From the NCBI GenBank assembly GCA_964247055.1, contig OZ176059.1, forward strand, positions 1,922,001-1,986,000: a DNA stretch of 64,000 bases. Direction: 5' to 3'. Shown one piece after another: positions 39,108 through 50,823 of the stretch. The notes under the pieces were generated by a model. It did not search any database. It saw only the letters and a list, made by a program, of their open reading frames with translations, and was not told where the DNA came from. Made by a program: the position numbers and the translations under genes. This DNA comes from Paragordius varius (Eukaryota; Animalia; Nematomorpha). The stretch's first letter is position 1. Every line of letters starts with the position of its first letter.

Positions 39108-40134
39108 TTAACATTTCGATTTAAAAAAATACTAAAAGAAACTATCTCAGTTAAATATTATGCTTGTATCCTAATAAAAGTTATATAAATAAGCTAAAAT
39201 ATTTAATTAAACTTAAGTTTTTATAAAGTTTCACAACAAACTATTTCGAAGTGATTTTGATTACAAACATTTTTGCAAAATATCGATTTTTAATTTTAAA
39301 GCTAACATTAAGCCTAAATTATGATTTAAATACATTGATAGAAAAAAAGTATTTTTCATATTAGCTATACACATATAACATGTTAACTAAATTTTTACCT
39401 TGGTTTTTAATAATTATTTGTATGATTATAGATCGGTTCATTAATGTTATATAAGTGCAACTTTTGCGTTTATAATCATTTCATATTTTTGATATTTTCA
39501 TTTTAAACAGGCTTGGGGTATACATTGACTCCATTTTGAATCGAATGACTTAATACTTCGATTCAAATTGGGTTATCTAAATACCCCAGACTAAATTTAA
39601 GTTAGGATATTTAAAGAACTACTGAGGCAAACGGTCCCAATTTAAATTTATGCTTCTATCCTAATAAAAATAATATAAATATGCCAAAATATCTACAAAA
39701 AATTTTGTTATGAAAAAAAAGTTTCATATCAAACTACTTCGACGCCATTTTTATTTTGCAAAATTTTTGCAAAATAACGTCTTAATTAAATTTTAAGGGT
39801 AAAATTATAGCTAATTTTTTATTTAAATTACATCTAACATTGATGGAAATAGAAAAAGCTCTTTATTTTGTATTATTTTTTAATTTTATCATTGCACGCA
39901 TGTCACGTTGACTAAGTTTTCCTTTCGGTTTGAGCTTAAAATAAGTGATACCAAGTATTTTTGAATAAATTTTTTTATATATTGCGGTTTATTAATGTTA
40001 TACAAGTGCAAGATTTTGCCATAATTTCGATCCCTTCCCTATTTTTTAAAGAATTTAATTTTCAACAGGCCTGGGGTATTTAACCCCAATTTGAATCGAA
40101 GAACTAATATGAATGTGTTGTATCCAAGTGTTAA
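39108..40134 (+). mobile_element. Two abutting family A copies (39108-~39548 and 39550-40134)
   Basis: The unit is repeated head-to-tail. The second copy runs ttaatacttcgattcaaattggg ... tatccaagtgttaa. Confidence 0.75.
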
Positions 40135-40272
40135 ATGAATTGCATATGTAAGTGTTAAAGTTAATTTTTTTATTTTCTATTACCATAATATACATTTCCT
40201 GTTGCTTGTGATTTATGAAAAAATATAGAAAAAAAAATGGCGGCGAAAAAGTTGAAGGACAATTTTACATTT

Positions 40273-41133
40273 GTAACACTTGGATAAAAACACATTCATT
40301 TTAGTACTCGATTCAAATTGGAGTAGTTGGATACCCCAGTCCTCTTTAACACTTCGATTCAAATTGGGGCATCTAAATACCCCAGACTAAATTTAAATTA
40401 AAATTTTTAAAAAACCACTGAAGGAAACGGTCCCAATTTAAATTTATGCTTCTATCCTGATAAATATTATATAAATATGCCAAAATATCTTGATAAAATT
40501 TTTTGAAAAAAAAAGTTCCACCTCAAACTACTTCTACGCCATTTTTATTTTGCAAAATATCGTCTTCATTTAATTTTAAGGGTAAAACTAAAGCTTATTT
40601 TTTATATAAATTACATCTAACATTGATAGAGATAGAAAAAGTGGTTTATTTTGTATTATATTTTAATTTTACAATTTGACACATGTCACGTTGACTAAAT
40701 TTTTACCTTACAGTTTTAGCTCAAAATAAGTAATATCAAATATTTTTAAATAAAATTTTTTATATATTTCAGTTTATTAATGTTATATAAATGCAAAATT
40801 TTTCCATGGTTTCGATTGCTTTTATACTTTTTAAACTATTTGATTTTAAACAGGCCCAATTTGAATCGAAGGACTAAAATGAGTGTGTTGTATCCAAGTG
40901 TTAAAGGAAGACGTTATTTTGCAAAAATTTTGTAAAATAAAAATGGCGTCCAGTAGTTTTACATAGAACTTTTTTTCAAAACAAAATTTTATTTAGATAT
41001 TATGGCATATTTATATAATTTTTATCAGGACAGAAGCAATAATTTAAATTGGGATCGTTTCCTTCAGTTTTTAAAAATTATAACTTAAATTTAGTTTGGG
41101 TTATTTAGACCCCAATTTGAATCGAATTGTTAA
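40273..41133. mobile_element. Family A copy (40346-40904) flanked by two inverted family A fragments (40273-40343 and 40906-41133)
   Basis: ttaacacttcgattcaaattgggg ... ccaagtgttaa. Segment 40906-41133 is the reverse complement of the first ~220 bp of the full copy. Confidence 0.8.
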
Positions 41134-41498
41134 AATGTATGTGTAAAGGCCATAAAAACATATATATATATATATATATATATATAAATCGGCTAAATAC
41201 CTTAATTACTTTTATATTTAATTCAAATCGCTCTGCTATAAAACTACCCCCAAGAGGTCATGAATTAATTTTTTTAATATGGTTAAACCATTTTGACATT
41301 GTGCACACAAAAATATTATGATTAAATATTCATTGTGTTAGATAAATGTTTAATTTTGTAACTGACAATTGATATAATGTTTCTACTAATTTTGTGGTAA
41401 GTTCTCCAGATCAGAAAATGGCAAAATTTGCCCACATTTTGCGAATAAAAAAGTTTTTTGAGAAATCTAAATGCGTCATTACAATAATATCACTTAAA

Positions 41499-41760
41499 TA
41501 TACCATTTACAATTCAAAGTTACCCATAAACAATTCTCTTCTAGAATATATTATGTGTTTTTAAGATAAAAAAGATTTTTTCAATATTTATAAAAAATGA
41601 AATTTTGTTTAAAATTAAAATAATACTAAAAAAATTAAAATAAATCTATATTTCATATTAATGATAACTATTATCCCGAATCATGATTTAATTTTAGGGT
41701 GAATCTGAATTGTTCGAGTGTTATAAATTGTTTAAGGGTAAAATCGAATTGTAAATGGTA
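41499..41760. mobile_element. MITE family B copy
   Basis: tataccatttacaattcaaag ... aattgtaaatggta. Confidence 0.8.
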
Positions 41761-43665
41761 AATATCAGAACTATAAAAAGTAAAACAATTCTTTTATATT
41801 TAATTAGATGTGGCTTACGAAAGTCTCAACTTTTTAGGCTGGTCCAAAATGGACAAGTTTTTTTAAAATAAGGGCTAATGTTGCGCGATAAAAAATAAAT
41901 AAATGCTAAATTTTGGCATCAAAAAATTTTTGTTCTCAAAATTCGGTATTAACTTAAAAAGGCAAAATTTCGGTAAAACGAGTAATCACGTAATTTGAAG
42001 CATACTAATACGATTAAAAACATCTAAAGATATATGAATACCTTTTCTACATTAAACTATGCCGCTGAACATTTCTATCACCTTAGATACGACACTTTTT
42101 ATTAAGTGTGAAAGTTTTTATAAGATCCTAATACATTTTTATACCGTTTCGATCTTGCTTCGAAGTAATATGCATAGTACGCTTAAACAAATTTTGTTAA
42201 AAATTGAATATTTTGAGGACCAAAGATTTTAGATTTTCGGAGCTTAAATCTAAAAACTAAAATTTATAGATTTTTTCTATATGACTAGATGATGTTAAAC
42301 ATTTCTATCGCTTGAGATTTTTAATCAAAGATCATTTACTTAATATGTTTGTGAAAAGACAATTTAATCAAAATTCTGACGGTATAGAAATGTTTAGCAT
42401 CATTAAATTATATCGAAAAAATGTTTTTATACCGTTTTTATACCGTTTTCATCATACCTCAAACTATGAAGTACGCCTCAACAGAATGTTGCGAATAATT
42501 AAATTTTTCAGAAAAGTATGCATTATTTAAAAATATTTTTAGTTAAAAAATTAGAATATTAAAATTTTTTATTACGCAATCCCATTTTTTTGTATTTATT
42601 GTAAGAGAACTAGCCCATTTTAAAAGAGCGAAAAAATTTAGTGCTTTCAGAATTTACGTTAAACAATAAAAATATTTTAATATTGCTTTTTATATGTTTA
42701 TGATATATTTTTTTGATATTTAGGAGAAAGCATTTAGCTTTTCCTAAAAATTTTTAAAATGTGCACAAGTTTTGCCATTTTCTGATATGGAGCACTTACC
42801 ATAAAAGTGTAAATAACTTTCTAATATATATCAATAAGAGCCAAAAACAAAAGCAACATGATAATCGTGATACATTTCTATCAAAATATATTCAAAATAT
42901 TATTTTTTTGTTGGCACTGTTTTATATAACATTGATGCACAGAATAAATAAAAGAATCACTTAAAAAACTTGATGATGTTTCCTGTTTTATTTAGTCATC
43001 ATGACATTGCATTAAAATATAAAAATAATGCTAAAGTCTCCCTGCATTGAGGCGTGCAAAAGCGTGAGAAGGTGTAAAGTCTCGTCCTGTGTAAACAGTA
43101 GCGGTAGGGAGCAAGCCTGTCACACCCTTTTCTGGATACCTTAAGTCATTTTTTCTCTTTATATCAATGTTAGATATGATTAACTAAAAAATTCGTTTTA
43201 GTTTTAGCGGAGTCAAACAAATTCATTTTTTAATGTAAAAATAAAATGGTGTCCTAGTAATTTGATATGAAACTTTTTTTTTGCATACAAAATTTTGCGT
43301 GGGATAATAAAATTTTTTTGTCAAGTTTTGAAAGGCATGGCTTGCTTTCACATAATAAAAAAAATTTAACATTAGACGACATAAGTCAAGAGAAAACTTG
43401 ATTTGGATAGTTCAATAATCATATGATCAAGTCAAACTTCAAGACTTTGCGATGTGTTGTAGGGCACAATTGACAGATTTAAAAATGTGAATAAAATATT
43501 TTGGAAACTATTTATTTATGTAATTTAGGCTTTATATGCACAAAAGAGGTATTAGAAAAGCTTTGCTAATATATAAGAATAATGCATATAAAAATATCAA
43601 ATCCATGAACCCTCGAAAAAATATGATTCACGAAATCTAAATTAATATTTAAGGATAAATCTTGT

Positions 43666-44247
43666 TTAACACTTGGATCAATACATTCATTTTAGCCCTT
43701 CGATTTAAATTGGGGTAGTTAAATACCCCAGGCCTGTTTAAAATTAAATTCTTAAAAAAATATGGAAGGAATCGAAATTATGGCAAAATATTGCACTTCC
43801 ATATCATTAATAAACCTAAATATATAAAAATTTTAGTCAAATATACTTGATATTACTTATTTTAAGCCAAAATTTGAAAGGTAAAAACTAAGTCAACGTG
43901 ACATGCTTGTAATGCTAAAATAAAATAATACAAAATAAATAGCTTATTCTATTTCTATCAATGTTAGATGTAAATAAAATAAAAATTAGCTTTAATTTTA
44001 CCCTTAAAATTAAATGAACAATATTTTGCAAAAAATTTTTAAAATAAATATGGCGTCGTAGTAGTTTGACATGGAACTTTTTTTGAAAAAAACAAAATTT
44101 TACTTAGATATTTTGGCATATTTATATAATTTTTATTAAGATAAAAGAATAATTTAAATTGGGACAGTATCCATCAGTAGTTTTAAAAATCCTAACTCAA
44201 ATTTAGTCTGGGGTATTTAGATACCCTAATTTAAATCGAAGTGTTGA
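43666..44247 (-). mobile_element. Family A copy, reverse orientation
   Basis: ttaacacttggatc ... aaatcgaagtgttga, with all internal landmarks reversed. Confidence 0.8.
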
Positions 44248-44906
44248 ATTTACCTATCTTTTTTTACAGAAAATAATGAACACTAAAGGTTATTTCACCA
44301 TTAAAACATGTTTAGATTTATCAACATGAATTTCAAATGTAATGTTGGTAATCAATTAAAAAATAATAATATGTTATAATGTACATATTCCCATTATATT
44401 TGCAAATGGACTCCAAAATGAGTAGTGAGGTAAAATAAAGAGAGTATTTTAACGACGAATGGTTTCATAAACTTAAAATTTTAGTAACCAGGCTTAGAAT
44501 AATCTATAATATTAAATAAGGTACGTCCCATTGAGTTTAAAATACTTTGATTGAATCCATATCTTATAGATTATTTATCTTTTTGGTGCCTTATTTCATA
44601 CATTTTGGCTGAAAATGATCAAAATAATTTCCTTACTTTTTCCTAACCTCACCCTTAAAACTTATTAATTTTATAGCCCCATATTGGTGTTTTGCGTTTA
44701 GTTTACAAAAAGCCTCTCCATACACAGGTCCAAGTTTTTTAAAAATTATATAGTAAATTGTTTAGTATTTTATCTATAGTTTATGGTACATTTAGGAAAT
44801 ATTTTTTTTATAAAAATAGCTTTAACGAAAAAAATTTTGCTTATATAATGTGCGCAAATTTCATGATTCCATATGGAGAAATTATCACAAAAGTGTATAT
44901 TTTTCT

Positions 44907-45428
44907 TTAACATTTGGATACAACACATTCATTTCAGTCCTTCGATTCAAATTGCGTTAGTTGGATACGCCAGGCCTGTTTAAAATTAAATTCTTCAAAA
45001 AATATGGAAGGAATAGAAACATGGCATTTTGCACTTATGTAACATTAATAAACCGAAATTTTAAAAAAATTTACTTAAAACACTTGATATTACTTATTTT
45101 AAGCTAAAATCGAAATGTAACACTTTTATCAACGTGACATGTGTGCAATGGTAAAATTAAAAAATACAAATTAAACTGCTTTTCCTATTTCCATCAATGT
45201 TAGATGTAATTTATATAAATTTTACCCTTAAAATTAAATGAAGATGATAATTTGCAAAAAAATTTTTAAAAGTTTGACATGACTTTTTTATAAAAAAAAA
45301 TTATTTAGATATTTTGCCATATTATATAATTATTAGGTTAGAAGCATAAATTTAATTGGGACCGTTTCCTTCAGTAGTTTTTTTAAAAATCCTATTTTAA
45401 ATTTAGTCTAATTTTAATCGAAGTGTTA
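44907..45428 (-). mobile_element. Family A copy, reverse orientation
   Basis: ttaacatttggatacaacacattc ... aatcgaagtgtta. Confidence 0.8.
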
Positions 45429-45934
45429 CATTATTATATATCCCATATATAGATATAATTTATTTACACTTTTTTTATAACCACACCTCCCCTACATTTT
45501 GTGCTAAAAAACGGTAAACAAATTACATTAGGGTTAACACTTTGATTATAGAGGTATCAAACTACCCTAGTCTAAATTTTGTTAGGATATTTAAAAAACT
45601 AGTGAAGGAAACGGTCACAATTTAAATGTATGCTTCGACCTTAATAAAAATTATATAAATATGCCAAAATATCATAAATTTTTTTTAAGAAAAAGTTCCA
45701 TGTCAAACTACTTAGACGCCATTTTTATTTTACAAAATTTTTGCAAAATATCGTCTTCATTTATTTTAAGGGTAAAATTAAAGCTAATTTTTACATAAAT
45801 TACATCTAACATTGATAGAAATAGAAAAAGCAGTTTTTTGTATTATTTTTTGATTTTGATATTTCACACATGTCACGTTGACTAAATTTTTAACTTTCGG
45901 TTTTCGCTTAAAATAATTAACATCAAGTGTTTTT

Positions 45935-47674
45935 TAATAATAATAATAATAATAATAATTACATTATATGATATCACTCTTTCGAGCGGTCATATCCGTA
46001 AACTATTTCGCCATAGAACCCTGTCTAAGGCGTCTTCGCGTTTTAGGTTCAGTTTTGCCATGTCCCTCTTAACTGTATCTATCCATCGCGTTTTAGGGCG
46101 CCCTTTTCCCCTCTTGCCTTTTACAATATAATCGTCAATCTTTTTACCAATGTAATTTTTATCTCTTCTTTCAACATGTCCGAACCATCTTAAACGATTT
46201 ACCATCATCTTTTGCGTTACCGATTTGATTTCCGTACTTCCTCTTATGTAGACATTCTTCACCTTGTCTTTCCTCGTTACACCGCACATCAATCTAAGCA
46301 TTCTCATTTCAGTAACCTCAAAGTGCCTCTCTTCTGATTTCTTTATTGCCCATGTCTGTGAGTTGTACATCATTGTTGGTTGTACAACAGCACTGTAAAT
46401 CTTACCCTTTACTTTTAGGTCAATATTTTTGTCGCACAAAACACTTGAGATCTTTTTGTAATTTGCCCAACTATTTCGAATTCTTAAATTAATATCAAGT
46501 GTTAAAGATCCATCAGCTGCTAATATTGCTCCTAAATATTTGCATTCTTCCTGACCTTTTAATACCCACCCTTCTTCTAATTCTATTTCTCGTTTTTTCC
46601 CACCAAAATTTATCAGTTCCGTTTTCTTTTTGTTAACTTTTAATCCGCATCGTCGTAACACATCCATCCATTTACCCACCGATTCTTTTAATTCATGCAA
46701 CTCGTCGGACAGCACTATTAAGTCGTCTGCATAAAGAAAATACCAGCCATCATGTTGTCCTACTTCTTTTGAAATTTCGTCCATGCATATTATAAATAGT
46801 AACGGGCTGATTGCAGACCCCTGATAGACCCCTTCGTTTATTGTAATAGGACCTGATATTCCCTGGTGTGTTTTAATTTTGGTTTGGTGTGATTCGTACA
46901 TGCTTTTTAAAATCTTTATGTAACTTTCAGGGACCTTTTTCCGTCTTAAGCTCCACCATATTGTGCTCCGAGGTATTCTGTCAAACGCCTTTTCAATATC
47001 AATACAAATACCATGCAACTCCTTTTTCATTTCTATATGCTTCTCGATTAGCCTTCTTACTGCGTGAATTGGGTCAATGGTGGATTTTCCTGGAATAAAA
47101 CCAAATTGATTACCCTCAATACTAACCATTTTTCTTATTCTTTTCTCTAGTACTTTCTCAAATAACTTCATTGTATGCGACATCAATCTTATCCCTCTGT
47201 AATTATTACAATCATTAATATCTCCTTTACCCTTGAAAATGGGAACAGTGAAACTCTCCTTCCATTCGGTTGGTATCATACCTGTAGTAACTACATTATT
47301 AAAAATATCTGCCAAAAATTCAATACCTTTTCCTGACAATATTTTCCAACAGTTTATGTTAATATCGTCTGGACCTGCAGCCTTATTTATTGACATCTCT
47401 TCTAAACCAGCCTGGACTTCTTCCCTTGTTATACTTTCAATATGCGCAGATTTATAATCTGGTGTTTCGGGTAAACTTGTTTCACTGACGCCCAATTCAA
47501 GTTCCTGGAAATATTCTTTCCACCTTTTCAATATTTTCGCTTCCTCAACGAGTAATTTGCCTTTTTTATCTTTAATGGCTGTCGCATAAGGGGGCAAGTC
47601 CAGCTTTCTTCTTTGTCTTTGTCGAGCAATTTTAAAAACTTTGTTTAAACCTTGCTTACTGTTCAACTCTTCTA
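45935..47674 (-). mobile_element. 5'-truncated RTE-clade non-LTR retrotransposon with (ATT)n 3' tail
   Basis: RT ORF, ~30-nt 3' UTR and ~8 TAA repeats at 45935-45959. The 5' end is truncated in the linker upstream of the RT domain, and no endonuclease domain is present. Confidence 0.92.
45990..47666 (-). CDS. Reverse transcriptase ORF of an RTE-type LINE (N-terminally truncated, 558 aa, no internal stops)
   Basis: Motifs NYRGIRLMSHTMKLFEKV, QFGFIPGKST, CIDIEKAFD, GVYQGSAISPLLF and LYADD, plus the RTE-typical C-terminus YNSQTWAIKK...RLRWFGHVERR...GRPKTRWIDTV. Confidence 0.95.
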   Translation of the reverse strand: MNSKQGLNKVFKIARQRQRRKLDLPPYATAIKDKKGKLLVEEAKILKRWKEYFQELELGVSETSLPETPDYKSAHIESITREEVQAGLEEMSINKAAGPDDININCWKILSGKGIEFLADIFNNVVTTGMIPTEWKESFTVPIFKGKGDINDCNNYRGIRLMSHTMKLFEKVLEKRIRKMVSIEGNQFGFIPGKSTIDPIHAVRRLIEKHIEMKKELHGICIDIEKAFDRIPRSTIWWSLRRKKVPESYIKILKSMYESHQTKIKTHQGISGPITINEGVYQGSAISPLLFIICMDEISKEVGQHDGWYFLYADDLIVLSDELHELKESVGKWMDVLRRCGLKVNKKKTELINFGGKKREIELEEGWVLKGQEECKYLGAILAADGSLTLDINLRIRNSWANYKKISSVLCDKNIDLKVKGKIYSAVVQPTMMYNSQTWAIKKSEERHFEVTEMRMLRLMCGVTRKDKVKNVYIRGSTEIKSVTQKMMVNRLRWFGHVERRDKNYIGKKIDDYIVKGKRGKGRPKTRWIDTVKRDMAKLNLKREDALDRVLWRNSLRI

Positions 47675-49299
47675 AAATTTATTATATATTTAAGTTTATT
47701 AATGTTATATAAGTGCAAAGTTTTGCCAAGATTTCGATTCCTTTCATATTTTCGAAAGTATTTAATTTTAAACAGGCTTGGGGTATACAACTACCCTAAT
47801 TTGAATCGAAGACTGAAATGAATTTGTTGTATTCCAGTATTAAAAAAATAAAATTTAAATTACTTTTAATTATCTTTTGACAGCCGTTTTGCTAATTTTA
47901 TAATTAATATCCTATGATTGTTAGGTGGATTTTATCTAAATAACCTAACTTAGTTTTTTTGATAATAAGTTTAATAGTTTAATTATAATATTTAGGGTCA
48001 ATACCTTTTTACAATCTTTCTTTATCACCGCAATTATGCCTAAAATCTATTCTTGTAAAATTCATAAACATAGTGAAAGTCTGATATTATGTCATATGAG
48101 TGCTCGCCTTTGTTCAACCCATCATTCTGTCAAAAAGTTTTAGGTATCAACAATATTTTAATATTTTGCCCTTAATTAGTTAGTTTTATAATTCTTTTAG
48201 ATGATTTGTACTAAAAGTTTTAATTTTTCGATGAATGATTTTAGGCTCGTTCTATAACAATAAAATATTGACCTTTGTTTTTTAATTTTATCTTTTTTCC
48301 GACAATCTAATTTTCCAATAATGTAATATTTATTTAAAACTCTATAAACCTAAGTTCTACCAATACGCGCCCAAAATTTATCGGTCAAGGAATTAATATG
48401 CACTCTTTTATCGTTTTTTTGCTTTTTATGACATTTTGATCCCATACATATCTATATATGAACGATAACGTTTATTGTTATCTTGGTTATAAAAAGGTTT
48501 AACGGTAATTTCTTTATAATTGATGCACATTTATTTACATTGGCTTTAGATGATTGATTTTAAGAAAAATAAAATTTAACAAATTCAACCCATAAAATTT
48601 TTTTTACCTTGTTAATTTGTTAAATTGATGAATGTGATTTAAAAATGGCATAATGCATCAGCATATAATTGTACATTTTTATAATTATTCCAAACAGGTA
48701 AATTATATAAGTTATTGAATTTCACATAATTATTTTTACCGTAATATTGACTTTTTTTGCATACCAAATATATTATATATCTCATCCTAATTGTACTAAT
48801 TCTTATAATTAAGTTTAACAAATTTTATAAGGATAAAAACTTACTTTTTATCCCGATGCAGTTTTTAACCCTCTATATTTGTTAAATATATTTTAAAAAT
48901 TGATGTATGTCCTTATATGTGTCTAAAATGTTACTAAGGATAACAACATCAAATTTTGATTAATGAATTTAATACTGTATAAATTGTATGCTTTTTCACT
49001 TAACAAAAAAATTTTACAACTTGCGAAAACTTTAAAAAAAATTATAAATTTATTATATTTTCAATCTCTTAGCAAAACTATAAAATTTATACGTCTTTAA
49101 CCGTGAAGATATTTAGGTTCAAATTTTCTTATTGAAGATAAACTTAACTTCTTGATTTTTTTTAGTAGGCAAATCTGAATGTCCCGGCTTTTACCAAATT
49201 AGACAAAAATCAAAATAAATGATAGATTAATCGTGGCGGTAATTCTTTTATAGTTTCATGATAGAAATTTACTAAAAAAATTGATACCCGTTTGTTATA

Positions 49300-49374
49300 T
49301 TTTTTACAATGCGGTCCGCCTAATTTTTCAAGTGTAAAATGCAGCCCACTAAGCTATTTGCGTTGGACACCCTG
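49300..49374. mobile_element. Isolated hAT-like right terminus
   Basis: gcggtccgcc...gcagccc...gttggacaccctg resembles the end of the element at 62929-63213. No left end was found. Confidence 0.45.
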
Positions 49375-50823
49375 GTAAATATATACGTAAAAGTCGTTTT
49401 ACATTATGCTTTTAGGCTTAACATCTTTTTGTCTTTTTGTTTTTTTTACTAAAAGAATAGAAACTAAAATTATGGACCCATATAAGTACCAACATTTGCT
49501 TACCTGCCCATGGCTAATAATTATAAATGATTAAATGTACAGTTTTGCGATTCGAATACCAAAATTAATATATTATTAATTTTTATTTTTTTTACATTTG
49601 AGTAAGTATATGTTTATAGTTAAAAATAGTCGAGACTATATTATTTATAGTGTATTCAAAATCTCAGTATATGTTAAAGTATAATCTTTCTTAAAAATTT
49701 ATTATTTAGTTTCAGTCAGGGTCATTACAATACCATTTATTTTTATTTTATGATTATTTTCCTTATGCCAAAATTCTTAGATATCTATCATGATTGATTT
49801 ATATAAGTATTTTTATAGTTTTAAGAAAGTTATAATACTTATTGTTAGTTTTTAGTTTTTTTTAAAATCAGGTCCTATTTTTTTCTTTTTAATCAACTTT
49901 ATAATCTTTACTTGCCTACTACAAGGAAATTATGGCATTTTTTTAGCTATAAAATTTATTGGTTTACATTACAATAGCATATGGCATTAAAAAATTTGTC
50001 CCCAATTAAATCAACATTATTAATGTTTATACGTGGGTATTTTTTTTAATTTCAACCATTTGCTATTTATTATCTAACGCTAATGTATTTGGTCCCAATA
50101 AAATTTTTATGGATTTTAGGTTTATAAATAATAAGTATAAAAAACCGCTAAAAGTTGTTTTTTACATTTCATTTGATTAATCAGCATTTTATTTTGTATT
50201 AATCGCTTATGATCATATTTTTCGAAAATTAAATCGTTTAAGATAATTAATTTTATATGTATAAATAACCTCAAGCCATTTAATTTTAAAACGATTAAAT
50301 TGGATATATCCTTTTTTATTACAAATACAGATACGATGATTGAAAATGAAAATCGGATGCAACAGCGTTTTTAAAGAAATGGATACCAAAAATTTTAAAC
50401 AAGAAAAGTACCATAGAGCCGCATAATAAATTTTAATTATTACGCACCAATATAAAATTGTTTAAAATAGTCATCATTTACCTCTTTGACTGATCTCATA
50501 CGCTATCATAATAGTCCCCATTGAATAAAATTTTGATCTTCATCCAAATCTCCCTAATTTGAAATTTCTATGCTTGATTCAAAATCGATACTTATTTTAT
50601 GGTCATGAGACGCCTGAACTTGGATATCCGAAATTTAAACTATACAAGATGTATTCATCAAATTACTTGGATATAAATTGTCTGCTTCATCATTAACTTA
50701 ATCACGTGATTGTTGTCGAGGGCAGACGAAAATTTAAAACCCTTATACGGATTACATTATTTTTTCTTATCCATTTCTTATCCATTTTATTACCACAAAA
50801 AAGTATCGTCGTAACCACCAAAA

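Larger units (their letters stand above)
45534..47843 (+). mobile_element. Family A copy interrupted by an RTE LINE
   Basis: Left part 45534-~45935 and right part ~47674-47843 rejoin into the unit seen intact at 39550-40134. Confidence 0.8.

Noticed and set aside
41800-42700. Degenerate internally repeated sequence that may be an old DNA transposon
   Set aside because: No matching pair of termini, TSD or coding remnant could be established.
44405-44430. ATG GAC TCC AAA ATG AGT AGT GAG|gtaaaa as a possible first ZIP exon
   Set aside because: The phase-0 donor is incompatible with the phase-1 acceptor at 51541, and no bridging exon was found.
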